This document shows, in pieces, positions 42,669 through 56,365 of a stretch of DNA of 64,000 bases. This DNA comes from Eledone cirrhosa (Eukaryota), in NCBI GenBank assembly GCA_964016885.1, contig OZ024742.1, forward strand, positions 275,652,001-275,716,000. Reading direction: 5' to 3'. Both the position numbers and the translations under genes were made by a program. The stretch's first letter is position 1. Every line of letters starts with the position of its first letter. The notes under the pieces were generated by a model. It did not search any database and had not been told where the DNA came from. It saw only the letters and a list, made by a program, of their open reading frames with translations.

Positions 42669-43446
42669 AAAGGTAAACAGAATTAACAACACAATCGGTA
42701 CAGTATATGGAAGGTATATATTAGGTTAACGTTTAATATAGCAGGGAGAGTGTCTTAACGTTTCGGATGCTAGTCCTTTATCAGAAGAAAGAATGAGAAA
42801 TAAAATAGATTAAGGGGGCGGGCGGGATAGAATTGGAAAAAAATGTCTTTAGATAAAAATAATAGGTCCATTCATGTTGACATCTCTTGCAAAAATGTTG
42901 GTGGTGGCGTTTTGTGTATGATTTTTTTTTAGAAAAGTCAATGATGGCACGCGTCTACCTGAAATGGAAAAAAGAACGTTAAGTAAATAGAGCTATACTT
43001 GAGCACGTGCGTAAGCATGAGTTTGTGTGTGTGTGTGTGTGTGTTATTATAGGTCTGTACGAAGCTAAGAAGAAATGTGTGTATATATGTGAGTAAAAGA
43101 GTGTGTATGCATGTAAGTACGAAGTTATGAGCAAAAGTATGTTAATATAAGGGTGTGTATCGGCATGTATTAGTAGTAAGAGATGTTGCTAATGATCAAG
43201 AGAAAGCAATAGGAATCTAGGGGTGTCATAATGGACGGGGTATTAGAGAAATTAGGGAGGTGAGTTGAGTCCAAGAGGGGAATAGGACACAAGACGGTGA
43301 ATCAGACTTTGTTCAGTCCTGGTGCGCGAGGCCTGTGATCCATGATGTAAAAGGACACCCAGGGCTGAAACATCTAGGGAATAATGACCAGAAAAACAGA
43401 AATTACAGGCAACAGGAGTATCCAAACTGAGTCGTATGTCCCTCAT
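42669..43446 (-). mobile_element. PLE 3' fragment (end of GIY-YIG + 3'UTR with hammerhead), bounded by (TA)n
   Basis: ORF 43252-43446 DTPVA.NF...GH...RTRTEQSLIHRLVSYSPLGLN is a GIY-YIG C-terminus. 42669-42731 also recurs at ~1702-1764. Confidence 0.7.
42753..42788 (-). ncRNA. Minimal hammerhead ribozyme with G8A-type core change
   Basis: Revcomp: tctt-CTGATAA-a-gga ctagca tcc-GAAA-cg-TT-aaga. Confidence 0.6.
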
Positions 43447-43554
43447 ATATATATATATATAATTATTATATATATAAAGTAATTCGTTTTCAAATATAAA
43501 AAGTGGAGAGGTGTAGGTGAAAAGGTTATATCAGCTCAAAATAAGATGATTTAT

Positions 43555-43934
43555 AATAATTGTTTCTACTTTTGGCACAAGGCCAGCAATTACCCAGTAC
43601 ATTACTGCTACTTTATTTTATCGGCCCTGTAAGGATGAAAGGCAAAGTTAACCTGGGCGGGATTTGAACTCAGACCATAAAGGGCCGTAACTCTTATCCT
43701 CTACCAATACTGCCAATCCACCACCCTTACGATAATTTATAATAATTGTTTCTACTTTTGGCACAAGGCCAGCAATTATCTCAGTGCATTACTGGTACTT
43801 TATTTTATCGACCCCGTAAGGATGAAAGACAAAGTTAACCTAGGCGGGATTTGAACTCAGAATGGCAAGGGCCGTAACTCTATGCATCAAAACATGGCGT
43901 CCAACCCTCTACCGATACTGCCAATTCACCGCCC
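43555..43934 (-). mobile_element. Two tandem SINE copies (43555-43727, 43740-43934)
   Basis: Revcomp of the family consensus, twice. Confidence 0.85.
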
Positions 43935-44132
43935 AAGTTCTCCCAAAATAATGGTAATTTTTTACACTTACACCCATCTCAAGTTGGAGCGAAATTTTTT
44001 ACTATCGCTCTGTTTGGAACGAATATGGGTTTCAAACTAGTCGAAAGTTGCTTTTTTTTATGTTTTGTTTTGTTTCAGTTAATGTTATGGTTATTTTCGT
44101 GGGATACCTATTCCAAAACTTCATCTTTTTTT

Positions 44133-46512
44133 GGCATTACCATGGTATTAGCTGTCAGAAGTGAAAGTAGGCGAAGATGATGTCATTCGTCAACCTTCTC
44201 AATCGTAAACATCGTTTATTTCCGTATTACCACGCGTTATTTTTGGCAGTATCGGTAGAGGGTCGGACGCCATGCTTTCCAGCATAGTTACGTCCTTTAC
44301 GATCTGAGTTCAAATCCCGCCGAGGTTGACTTTGTCTTTCATCCTTATGGGGTCGATAAAATAAAGTACCACTAATGCACTGGGTAATTGCTGGCCTTGT
44401 GCCAAAAGTAGAAACAGTTATTTTAATAAAGCATATCGATGTAAGTGGAGTTACTTAAATGAAAATATAGGTGGCCCTTAAAAGGGCCAAATTAGAAAAC
44501 AATTTAAGTTAATTAATAAACAAGTCATGGTTATCAATGTTCATGGTTATCAATGTAGAAAACAAGTCATAAATTTAAGTTTTATAATCAAATTTTTTTC
44601 ACCAACAGTGGAGTTAACTTAAATGAGTTAACAAATTAGAAAAAAAATTTAAGTTAATTAGAAAACAAGTCATGGTTATCAAATAAATTTGATTTATTCA
44701 TTTATATTTTCATAGTCATGATATCAATGTAGAAAACAAGTCATAAATTTAAGTTTATAAAAATATATATGGTTATCAAATTATTCACCAACCTTATTCA
44801 AAAGCATGGATACAGATGACGAATATGTTCTAAAGGCCAAATTAGAAAACAAATTTAAGTTAATTATAATTAGTCAATGTAGAAAACAAGTCAGAAATTT
44901 AAGTTTATAAAAAAATATATGGTTATCAAATTTTTTTCACCATTTATGAAGAAATGTTTAGAAACATTTTTTTCACCAACCTTATTCAAAAGCATGGATA
45001 CAGATGAATATGTTCTAATAACTTTTGGAAAATTTCACCTTTAAATTCATACCGCCACATGAATTCAATTAGATGGGTTTGAAGCAAATTTCTGGCTGAT
45101 CCGTTTTCCCTTTTATTCCTATTCTTTACATGTTTCCACAAGCATTCTGTGATTCATTGTGGCAAATGTTACAGGATCAACAAAATTGATGGAATGGTTC
45201 AGTCAAATGTTGATAGCCTAGCTGATCGATCGTATTATAGGAGCGCCATAGATCAGATATTATAGTTGTGCCAAGCAATATACGATCCTGTATAATGGCT
45301 AAAAGTGTCTCTGCTGTCCGATCTTCTACTGCTACTAAAAAACATCTGGTACCTCTTTCCAAATCACCAAAGACCCCGTGTTTTCACCAGATGGCCAACA
45401 TGGTATTTCCTTCTCACAAAGGTGCTTTCGTCAATTCGGTTTGGCCTGCCAAGCTTAATGTTTTGTGCCATATAATACTCTGCACATACATCAAGGCAAA
45501 AATTTCGCCAATCTGCTACAGCCACATTCGCGATACGACATTCCTGTGAAATCTTCTTGGCTAAATCTTCTTTTACCCAAAAATACAATATATCAACTAT
45601 TTGTTCACACTTCAAATTACTATGTTTTAGAAATGTGCTTTTCTAATCGACACCCGTTTTCTACATGGTCTTCCACATGACCAGATAATCCCATCTGACA
45701 CATATTTTTCGCTACTTCCAACATGCGTTCACCACATGAAGGGCAGACCTTTTGTGTATTCAGAAGTCCATGATTTTTCAACCAATTGATGGTATCTGCT
45801 GTAGTAGCGGTAGCGATGGAAAGATCGCGATGGTTAATTCCATTAACACTTGGGTATATTGTAGAATTCATATTTTTCAACTTGCAAATGCGTGTATTAT
45901 CACAAAGTGAAGATTAAAGTTTATTTATTTACATGTGGTGTTGGTGATGATTATTGCTGATTGGTGGGGATTGTCTCCATGGAGACTGTCTCCATAGCGA
46001 CTGTCTCTTGTCTCCATGTGGATTGTATCCATGCTTTTGAATAAGGTTGGTGAAAAAAATTTGTTTTCTAAACATTTCTTCATAAATGTATAGGGTTGGT
46101 AAAAAAAATTTGATAACCATATATTTGTTTTCTAATTTGGCCCTTTTAAGGGCCACCTATCATCATCATCATCAGGTTTAGCGTCCGTGTTCCACGCTTG
46201 CATTTTTCATTTAAGTTAACTCCACTGTTGGTGAAAATGACTTGTTTTCTACATTGATAACCATGACTATGAAAATATAAATGATTAAATCCAATTTATT
46301 TGATAACCATGACTTGTTTTCTAATTAACTTAAATTTGGCCCTTTTAAGGGCCACCTATATTTTCATTTAAGTAACTCCACTTACATCGATATGCTTTAT
46401 TAAAATAACGCGTGGTAATACGGAAATAAACGATGTATACGATTGAGAAGGTTGACGAATAACGTCACTTTCGCTTACTTTCACTTCTGACAGCTAATAA
46501 CATGGTAGTGCC
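44133..46512 (-). mobile_element. Merlin (IS1595/ISXO2-like) DNA transposon with long TIRs, 8-bp TSD CTTTTTTT and frameshifted transposase
   Basis: TIR ggcattaccatggtattagctgtcagaagtgaaagt... / ...actttcacttctgacagctaataacatggtagtgcc. TSD 44125-44132 and 46513-46520. Transposase pieces 45177-45880: CPSCG, IDES.F.RRKYHVG, VEDRTAETLLAII...GTTIISDLWRSY. Empty site at ~60301. Confidence 0.92.
44245..44424 (+). mobile_element. SINE inserted into the left Merlin TIR (TSD-like gttatttt)
   Basis: Interrupts cgcgttatttt|aataaagcatatcg, which is contiguous in the right TIR. Confidence 0.88.
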
Positions 46513-46828
46513 CTTTTTTTTCTTTTGTTCATTTCTTCATCATTTAACGTGCTCTTACTTTTCTAGCAAGTGTTGGACGGGTAATTAGAATAATTTATTC
46601 TAAATATCCGGTACATCGGATCGGTTAATTTTGCTTTCACCTTAATGCAGTGATGGTTTATAGGGAATTTGCCGTCAATAATACACCCAAGAAAAGACGA
46701 TTGAATAAAGAAAGCAACTAAGATTAATAAATACCTCGTATATATTGGAGCTATTGCTGGGATATCAGAAATTGTAGGTGGACGTGTTGTATTCTCTCTT
46801 CTCTTCTACACACTTTCATTCTTCGCAA

Positions 46829-46889
<61 letters not shown>

Positions 46890-47614
46890 TAGTAGATGAA
46901 TATGACTACGTTACAATAACATTATATTTCATGCTTAATAGATAATTCTACAGATCGATGTGATTCGTTTGAAAATAACACTGGAGAGTTCTTTAACAAC
47001 GGCAAATGCAGAATGCAATCAATATCCGGTTGATTATGCGAATTAGTAAAATATCAGATTAGGTTGCAGAGATACGTAGTTGAACGAGTGTGTGTATGCG
47101 GAAACATTCAGTATACCCATCTATCAATATATCCCAGAAGAGGGGGAGGGTCACATATTCGCACACTCGAACTGTTAGAATATTTGTATTGCTTTCGAGC
47201 TCCCCGGGCACCACAGGACGCAGTGTGTATCAGTTACCTGCTGCGAGCAGCCTAGTAAACTGCATACCCATAGATAGGTTTACTACAAAAAAAAGACATA
47301 TGCGCCACTGAGTGGTCCATCTGCAAGTGCCCTTACGTATTACCTAGTCTCTAATCATGAGTACCCCCCCCCCCATTTCCTTGTCAGTGATGTGCCTCCA
47401 CTACTCTACTCCTCTCCTTCCCACAGATGATGCTTGCAGCCTGAGCCAACTTTAGTGGTCCGTGCTACTGAGGTTACGCTCAGTTTTCTCTCCGCTAGCT
47501 CATGTTTTTTTTTGCCACTTTTAGTATTATTTATTAATTTAACACTCACATTGGTGACTCTGCTCCTCTAGTTTTTGTGGTGTTAGCGTGGACCATTATC
47601 TCCCATATTTATGC

Positions 47615-47764
47615 TTTGACGCATAGAGTTACGGCCCTTGCTATTCTGAGTTCAAATCCCACCGAGGTTAACTTTGCCTTTCATCCTTACGGGGGTCGAT
47701 AAAATAAAGTACCAGTAATGCACTGGGTAATTGCTGGCCTTGTGCCAAAAGTAGAAACAATTAT
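47615..47764 (+). mobile_element. SINE copy (duplicated at 61395-61540)
   Basis: Family consensus. Confidence 0.8.
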
Positions 47765-47919
47765 CTCCCATAGTTATGTATTTATGTTGTTTTTGTTTTT
47801 TTTAGCGTCACCGGCAGTATTTAATTCTTGGCGTCAGCTATATCGTAGATTAAATAAAAAATAAGTATTTCACTTTTTAATCTTTGACTTTTCTTTTTTA
47901 TTTACAGATTTTAGAGCAC

Positions 47920-49355
47920 ATCATGACTGGCAAATGGAGAAGAAAGGTCTTAATGTGTTGTTTGCAGTAAAGCTTTGTCAAATGATTCTATGAAACCGAC
48001 AAAGTTGAAGTAATATTTACAGAATGCTCATCCTCAACACAAGAACAAGGACAAAAACGTTTCTGAATGTCATGGGAATGCTCTTAAATGGATAAAGCTG
48101 GATTCAACAGGAGCATTCCAAGAAACAAACCTAAAGGTTAATGAAGCTTCTTTGTCGTAGCACTGGAGATAGCAATGCAGAAAAGCCACATACATTTGGG
48201 GAAACTTTGATCAAACCTTGCTCTCTCAAAATGGTGGAAATTGTGTTGGGAAGTGGATTGGAGAAAAAACTTGTAGCAGATTGTCTATTAAACAGTACTG
48301 TTCAAAGGAGAATCAGAGACATGGCCAATGACATTAAGGATCAAGTCTGCCACATTTGGCTTATTTTAAATTCAACTCGAAGAATCAACTGATGTGCCAT
48401 CGTGTTCCCTGTTGATGGTGTTTGCAAAGTATGTGTATTCAGGTTCATTTAAAGAAGAGTTTCTCTTTTCATCTCATCTTGAAACAACTACCAAGGATTC
48501 TGGTATTTTGCAAAAGGTTTCATCTTTCCTTGAATCAGAAAATCTTTTGTGGAGTAATATCTACGGGTGCTGTACAGATGGAGCACCAGCTATATTGAGT
48601 ACAAAACCAGGATTTCAAGTTTGTGTGAAAAGCGAACTCGAAAAGTGAAAGGCACTCATTGTATAATCCATTGTCAGACACTGGCCTCCAAAACACTTCC
48701 AGGTTGATTATCAATCCATACTGTTCAAAGGCGGATCAGCGACATGGCCATTGACATCAAGAATCAAGTTGTGCAGGATATCAAGTCTGCAGTATTAGGC
48801 TTATTTTCAATTCATCTTGTGGAATGGATCATGCACCTTGCCTATTTGGTTGATATTTTTGAGCAACTGAATAAACTGAATCTTCAGATGAAAGGAAGGA
48901 ATACAAATATCATAAAATTTGTGGATGCTTTGAAAGCTTTCATGAGCAAACTGGAAAATTGGGAGAGAAAGATCAATATCAAAAATGTTGCAATGTTTCA
49001 GAAGCTGTCATCTGTTGTTATTGGTGGTGGTGAAGACCAAGTGCTTCCACAATTTGTCAAAAATGAAATTTTGTAGCATTTGTCATCAGTGGAAAATGAA
49101 TTCAGCCAATATTTTCCTGAACTCAGGGATGATGATTTGGATTTAATGCAAAATCCATTCAAATTGTCAATTGAAAAAGTTCCCAATGATTGTCAAGATG
49201 AATTTCTGGAGCTGAAAACTGAATCAGGAGCAAGAGATATGTTCAATGCGAAATGAATCACAGAATTTTGGTCCTTCATGTGCGATTCCTACCCAAAAGT
49301 GGCAGAAAGAACAATCAGTGCATTGCTTCCATTTGTGTCAACATATATTTGTGAG
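47920..49355 (+). pseudogene. hAT (Buster/Charlie, ZBED8/SCAND3-like) transposase relic
   Basis: KPHTFGETLIKP, NSTVQRRIRDMA, EEFLF...LETTT, CTDGAPA, LAYLVDIFEQLNKLNLQMKG, LPFVSTY.CE. Confidence 0.88.
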
Positions 49356-49359
49356 TCAG

Positions 49360-50675
49360 GAAGCTATCAACCACCTCTATAGATCCTACCTGCATTTGAA
49401 AAATGTGTCTATCACTGCGACTTCTGCTGTCAAATTTCACTGCATATGTAGTTTTCCCTACCTGTTAGCTTGCCAGCTATCAACACTTTAGTCTTAGCTA
49501 GGTACCCTCTGTCCTCTTGATTCCAACTGCTGTTTCCATAGCCAGAATTTATTCCCTAGCTCCTCTACTGATTCTGCTATAAGTACCAGATTGTCAGCAT
49601 AGAGAAGTTCCCATGGGCAGCCAGTCTTAAACTCCTCTGTTATGGCTTGGAGAACTATAATGAATAAGAGTGGACTGATGATCAAAACCCTGATGCACTC
49701 CTACTTGTATCTGGAATTCCTCACTAAACTCCATTCCTACTCTCACTTTACTGACAGCACCTCCAGCTTGTACTGTCATCACAAGCCATTCCTCCACACC
49801 TAGTTTCTTTAGGGTCCACCAGATGACAGATTGGGGTACTCTATCAAAGGCCTTCTCTAGGTCAACAAAAGCTAAATATAGTGGCTTATTCTTCTCTAAG
49901 AACCTCTCTTGTAGTTGTCTCACTAAGAAGCAGGAAATTTGCGGTACTTTTCACAGGCACAAAACCAAACTGCATCTCATCTAACTTGATCCTTTCTCTA
50001 ATTAATTGCGCTAGCACTCTTTCTGTCACTTTCATAATCTGATCCATCAGTTTTTATGCCCCTATTATTGCTCCTCTCCAGAGCATCCCCTTTACCTTTG
50101 TAGCAATTTATAATACTGCTGCACCAGTCTTTGGGTATGACTCCACCATGTATAGCTTGATTGACTTATGTGTGCAACCAGTTTAGTTCCTACTTCTTTT
50201 GGTGACTTCAGCATCTCAGCAACTATCCATCGGTCCAGCGGCCTTACCACTTTTCATTTCCTTAATTGCCTCTTTGACCCTATATTCGTCAATCTCAATA
50301 GCTGGTCACTCTGTCGTGTCTACTGGGGTTAGTTTCTCTCTCTCCCATTCATTGTCAACATTCATCAGTCTCTCATAATAATGTTTGCAGGTCTCCTTTT
50401 TCTGAGCATCAGTGACACCAACATCATTTCGAACCCACTTATCTCTGACAACATCCTGATTTACACTGACACACCGCCTTGCAATACAGAACACTGCACG
50501 TCTCTGATCTGCTCATTGCAGAACATTGGCAAACCTCCTAGTCTCAGTTTCCCTTTGTGCTAAGTACACCTGACGTCTAGCCTCTCTTTTAGCGGGTGAG
50601 TATCGGTCTCTACTCAGCCCATTTTTCTGTCTGGTTGGAGCTCTGCTCCAGCCATAGGTCTCTTCAGTAGCCTGC
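49360..50675 (-). mobile_element. RTE LINE fragment (family of 39400-42652), interrupting the hAT relic
   Basis: LQERFLEKNKPLYLAFVDLEKAFDRVP, CPWELLYADNLV. Confidence 0.88.
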
Positions 50676-50991
50676 ATATACACACATATATGTATGTGTG
50701 CATGAGATAATTGGCTGGGATTTGAGGATTTTGCTTGTATTTCTAGTAGATTGAGGTAGCACATAGAACCTTTCCTTTTGGCATCATACATAATACATAC
50801 ATAAGACAGTAAGGTAGGAATTGAAGGAAATTTGGTTGCTATTTCAAACAGATCTAACTACTACACAATCTTACTTATACTTCTTTATATAGCAGAGGTC
50901 CTCAGGGATATTCTTCAGCAGTAACACAGATTGCTTGTTTTGTTACCATTACTTGTCCTGTGATGTAGTAAATATATATATATATATGTAA

Positions 50992-52666
50992 CTAGCAGAT
51001 TTACCTGGTGTTGCTCAGGGTTTGAAATTATGCTAAGAATATACAGCTAGGCAGTAACATTATTTGTCCCCAACCTGTCAAAATAAGCAAAAGTCTTCAA
51101 TAATTAATGCAAACGAATATTTAGTGCAATCTTTGTACACATAAAACTATGTTGATAATGAAGGAAAACACTGAACAGGATGTAGTTATACAAATGATTA
51201 AAGACAATACACGTTGCAAATCTATAAAAAAAACAGGCAGTTTTGCTAAAGTACAAAAAGTTGTAATGAAAGCAGAGTTGTATACAAACAAAAAAGCAAT
51301 GAGAGTAGAATAAGAGAAAATTTATTCTTTGAGAGCATCCTTTGCTGTGTATGGTTAAATTTTGAACTTATAATCCAAAATATTCTGCATGACATATTCA
51401 TTGGTATGTATTGTAATGAGTAAGGTGAAGTCAAGGCAGAGCTGTAATAAGTTTTTTTGTTAACACTAAAGCACTCAGGATAGGCAATATTCTTTGTTTT
51501 TCTTTTCGGAACAAACGCAAAGAGATTATCTCGACTGCCAACTCATGAGCAGGCAACGATGAATTGTCCGTGCGAAAATCAAGGTTCATCCAAGTGAATT
51601 CCAGTGACGGACAGAGTTTGACCTTGCAACTTGTTTATGGACATCGCAAAGACAACACGAAGGGGAAATTGGGTTCGGCGAAAGGAGTATCCACGCCTGA
51701 TGTAGTCAGGCTAATTTTTGTTATTATCACATCCTCACCTTTTCCACATCCGGATAGAATGATAGCGTCAATACTAAGTGGAGACAGTTTTTTAACCACA
51801 AGGCGTATACCATTGCATAGTTTTGGAGGAGTGATATTTCTCAGCAAAATAACTGGCGTTCCCTCTTTCAGAACCAATGTATTAGGAGGTAAACCAAGAG
51901 GATTTAAAGAATTTAGAAATTCAACTGGATAGTTGACCGCATCCTGTGGATCACATACAGTATCAATAGATTTATATATCCGTGGATATCCAGGAAGAAT
52001 CCTGTTCAGTATGTTCCTTCATTGTCAATGCCTGCCTCAAATGTGGACGAAATTACTTTAAAAATGTAAAAGTTGTAGGTCCCAATGGTTTGAATGAAAA
52101 GTCCCATAAGGATTGTTCTAAAAATAAACAAACCATCATCCAAATCTCGTCAATTCGAGACTGCTGCGAGATTAGGCCCTTACCGCGAAAATTAACACTT
52201 AAAATAGTGAAACAAGTTAAAACAAGTGTTTTTTTAACTTTGAAAGTGAAACAAAGAATAAACAAGAAACAAACGATAATATTAGTGATTTATCTTCAAA
52301 TGAATCTGATGTTTATATCTCTGAAATTTCGTCCGACGGTGATTGTTGTTTTAAAATTGAAAACGAAGGTCTCCATATCTCACTCTCTTTATAAGGATCG
52401 TCAATAAAGTTAGTTATCTCCCTTTTTTTATAAAGATTGTCAATAAAGTTGGTTATCTCCCTTACATCAATTTTGCTACCGATAATTTTGATATGGATTT
52501 TTTATTGCTCAACGTGGTTCGACCTGTGCAACGTGGTAGCGACCTGTGCAACGTGGTAGCGACCTGTGCAACGTGCACAGAAAATTTGGTCAAATTGTAA
52601 AAGCCTTAGGTATCCAAAGTTGTACACAGACACACACACATCCTCGCTTTTATATATATATAAAGA
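50992..52666 (-). mobile_element. Non-autonomous Helitron with Pif1 C-terminal remnant
   Basis: Minus 5' end TCTTTATATATATATAAAAGCGAGGATGTG; 3' end ccctgagcaacaccaggtaaatctgCTAG. ORF 51635-51877 LKEGTPVILLRNITPPKLCNGIRLVVKKL. Internal 20-bp tandem repeat at 52509-52576. Confidence 0.85.
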
Positions 52667-53619
52667 AAAGATTTAGAATTGAAGCTGAGTGTAATCAATT
52701 AAGGCTTCAATCTGGTCATTAGCAAAACATGTATTAAGCATGATTACAAATAAAATATATTAAACGGAAACTTTGATCTCTCATTCTTAATATAAACCCT
52801 CTGTATAGTACACCAATAACAATGTCAATGCTAATACACACTTTTAACTACAAATATCCAATTCACATGTGTTGTCATGACAAAAAAACAAGCACCCTCT
52901 TTCACTTTGTATTTGTCTTTTTCTTTCTTTATCTCCTTTTTCTCACTCCCTACTTTGGAATATTTTCTTAGTTTGCACAGACATTAAAAGTTATTTCATT
53001 AAGAGAAAAAAAACAAACAGGTAATATATATATGTACATAATATCAAACACACACACTCTCACAAATGCATGCACACACCCACACAGATATATGTTCACG
53101 TTAAGGGGTATACATTTAAATTACTGATTTCTGTCTTTTTGTTAGGTTTGGAGGAAGGAACTGTGCCCATAACCTTTACCAAGAGACTGATGCTGTTTAT
53201 TTTCAATTTCAATTGATCCAGGTTGACTCCTGCATGAAAGACATGTGCAGGGAATGAATTCCAGAGGGATGACATACTGGGGAGGAAAGGCTGAGTTTAT
53301 TGGTTAGTGTGAGGTAATATAGGTGATGAGATCAGGAGAGATTAGTGAGGCAGGAATGTCAGAGTACTGGTTGCTCCACAATTTATGAGGAGCAGAGGCC
53401 ATTGTAGTAGCAATAGAAAAGACAGAGAGAGGTAACAGCATCTGTAGGCCAGAGGTGAGAGTGTGTCTGTCCGTAACTGTATGCCAATCAGACAAATGAC
53501 CTTTTTCTGGATAGGATGTTTGTGTGAGTGGTAGCAACATCATCCCAGAGGTGGGAGTTGTACTCCATTATGGCCCTTACTCAAATTTTGTAAAAGATCA
53601 GAGAGATGTGGACCTGCAA

Positions 53620-54090
53620 CTTCTATGCAATGAGACACATTTTACAGTCAGGTGGATGAAGAACCATCTGCTAGAGGTCACTATTCTTGGAGGCAATCAT
53701 CAAAGAGAAAATGCATTTATTCCCAAGATTCCTCTTATCCCTTTCTTCTACCGAGCTGCTGTTCAAATTCTCAAGACGTGAGATCCCAGTTACAGCTATT
53801 TTTGCTATGACCACACATAAAGCTCAGGCTCAGAGTTTCAAAGTTGTAGAATTGAATATGATAGAATCGATTGGAACACCTAGAAATCTTCATATACTAC
53901 GCACTAACACGAAAACAAAGAATTTGGCGTCTCTGGAAATTTTTTTACTGTTTTTTGTTTTGTCCCACGCTCCACTGTCTCATCTCATACTGTAAACCAG
54001 ACAAACATCCAATACAGTCATTTTCTCTTCTACCTGTCTTCTCTTATAATGTTTACCAGGGCTGAGCTGGGTACATCAGTTATTATTAGT
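53620..54090 (+). mobile_element. Decayed Helitron 3' fragment (Pif1 C-terminus)
   Basis: FIPKIPL...FKFSRREIPV..FAMTTHKAQAQS. Confidence 0.65.
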
Positions 54091-54194
54091 ATATATATGT
54101 TACTGCATGTTACAGATGGCACAGATTGCATTTCATCCCGACGTCTGCACTATCTACATTGTCATGACTTTCACATATATATGTATATCTCTAC

Positions 54195-54790
54195 CTAGCA
54201 TTTGTTGACCTGAAGAAAACATTTGACAGGCTCCCCGATCCATTAACTGTTGGGCTTTTCGGAAAAGCACAATTAGATAAGAAATCCCTGACTTCAAAAT
54301 AAACCTCAAACCAAAAGACCATAAAGTCAACTTGAAAATGACTAAAGTGCTACTAAATCGGAAGAAAAAAACAGAGCCCTGATTCCATCAGGGAAATGGT
54401 TATGTTCAGTATGCAGAAACGTATTAGGATGAAATTCTATTATATGTAACAAATGTTACGCAAGAGATATGGTGGGATCTCTGGCAGGCGAGCAAAGAAT
54501 GCCGGGTTCACATGAAGCAAGCTCTATCAAATACTCCATAAAAGTAATTGACAGCTGCTGTTACTTGGGTGACCAAATTATCAGTGAAGGTGGGTGTTCT
54601 AAAGGTACAGTAGCCAGAGTGTGAACTGGATAGGAAAAGTTCAGAGAACAACTACCACTGCTGAGCACAAAGCATTTCTTGCTCAGAGTAAAAGGCAGAT
54701 TCTATGATGCCTGTGATAAACTGCTATGCTGAATGAAAGTTTAAACTTGTGCTTTGTGTACATGGACATCATGCTACTGTGGATTGAAAA
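54195..54790 (+). mobile_element. Old RTE LINE fragment
   Basis: Decayed matches to 41380-42280 (ctgattccatcagggaaatgg, ctcagagtaaaaggcagattctatgatgcctgtg). Confidence 0.6.
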
Positions 54791-55957
54791 AAGCACCCAG
54801 TCCACCCTGTAATGTGATTGTGCTGGTAACATGATAAAATCACCCAGTCCACCTTGTGAGGTTGAAGGGCCAGTGTTATGACAAAAGCACCCAGTACACT
54901 CTGTATGGTGCAGATGCCATGGAAAATGCTCCCAGTACACTGTAATGTGGTTGGTGATAGGAAGAGCATCCAGCCATAGAAACCAAGCAAAAAAAACAAT
55001 GTATGAGCAAGACATGATCACCTGACTTGTCTAGCGACAGAATATGATAACCAATCTAACCAATACAAGCATGGGAAATGATGATAATATATGTATACAT
55101 ATATTATATCTGTGAAACTCAATAGCAACAGAGAGTAATCTCTTTCTCTCAAACACACATACTCTTGCCAACCCCTTTCCACAAGCTGATCCAAGTTTTA
55201 ATAAGTAAATATCTTTTAGTTCTCTATCTCAACACACACATGCTGACCACTCCATTTCCATTAGGATGTGAAATTGAAAAATATAAACTTGCGGCTGCAG
55301 TCACTACAAACTTAACTGTCTCTCGCAGACAAACTCTTACCATCCCTTTTCCACAGTATAATTCATTGTTACCACTTTAATATTATATATATTATAACAT
55401 ATGTTCTAATAAATCTATTGAATTAGCTATTATCCTTGTCAATAATCAAAATTATTTCTACTGGCAACTAATTAAGGGTTTCCTTCTGCCTTTCTTTTCT
55501 ATCTATGTTGCCATGCCTGATATTGAAACATGGGACTGTGTCATTAATCAGGTCACAGATGTGCAACAAATACTGACACACTATCATATAAATGAAAGAT
55601 GGACATTTTTATACATATAACATATAACAGATATGTCCAACCCATAGCAGCATTAAGCATTGCCAACAAGATGGTAATATGATAATACATACTGTCAACA
55701 TGTAATGATCAACCACTCTACAGACTGTACTAAGAGTATTTCATTGTGGTACCAGCACTAGGGATGTTGCTAAGTCCTCAAGAATACTAAAGAATATACT
55801 CTACTCTATGTGATTAACATACTTTACAGTGTACTGGGTGTATTTTATTGGGGCACTAGCAGTAAATACAAGAAATGAAACAACAATTCCTTGATATCTT
55901 CTTTTTTTATAGAATGACTTTTGACATTGATATGGTTATAATTCTGAATTAATATAA

Positions 55958-56175
55958 TGATTTCTGATTTAGGCACAAAGCCAACAATTTTTGGGGAGGG
56001 GAAAGGTAATTAAATTGACCCTAGTGCATTACTGGTGCTTTATTCTATTGACTCCATAAGGATGAAAGGCAAAGTTAACCTTGGCAGGATTGGAACGCCA
56101 TACATAAAGAGATGTAACTCTATGCTGCAAAGCACGTTGCCCAACACTCTACCAATACTGCCAATCCATCGCCCT
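55958..56175 (-). mobile_element. SINE copy in the ZNF 3' region
   Basis: Revcomp of the family consensus. Confidence 0.75.
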
Positions 56176-56365
56176 ACTTCTGTATTAATAAAGTATGTAT
56201 TAAAAGACATTTTTTTATAGAATGATTTACCAGAGATATCAAAACCCTTGAAATGTAGATGTTAAACAATGATGATGATGATGAAAATGTCATAGCTTCT
56301 CTCCAGTATGAACACATGTATTTAGTTAAAACACAATTTCGAGAAAATATCAGTGATGTAGATTT

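Larger units (their letters stand above)
43936..50260. repeat. Segmental duplication copy A (paralog 60117-64000+)
   Basis: Identical or near-identical ORFs 47064/60837, 48141/61917, 48394/62170, 48744/62520, 49494/63251. Confidence 0.95.

Noticed and set aside
45177-45880. Bacterial IS1595 contamination or horizontal transfer
   Set aside because: Long TIRs, a nested host SINE and a paralogous empty site indicate a resident eukaryotic Merlin element.
48141-49076. Domesticated ZBED/SCAND3-like host gene (identical ORFs in two copies)
   Set aside because: Multiple stops, frameshifts and an internal deletion; identity is explained by recent segmental duplication.
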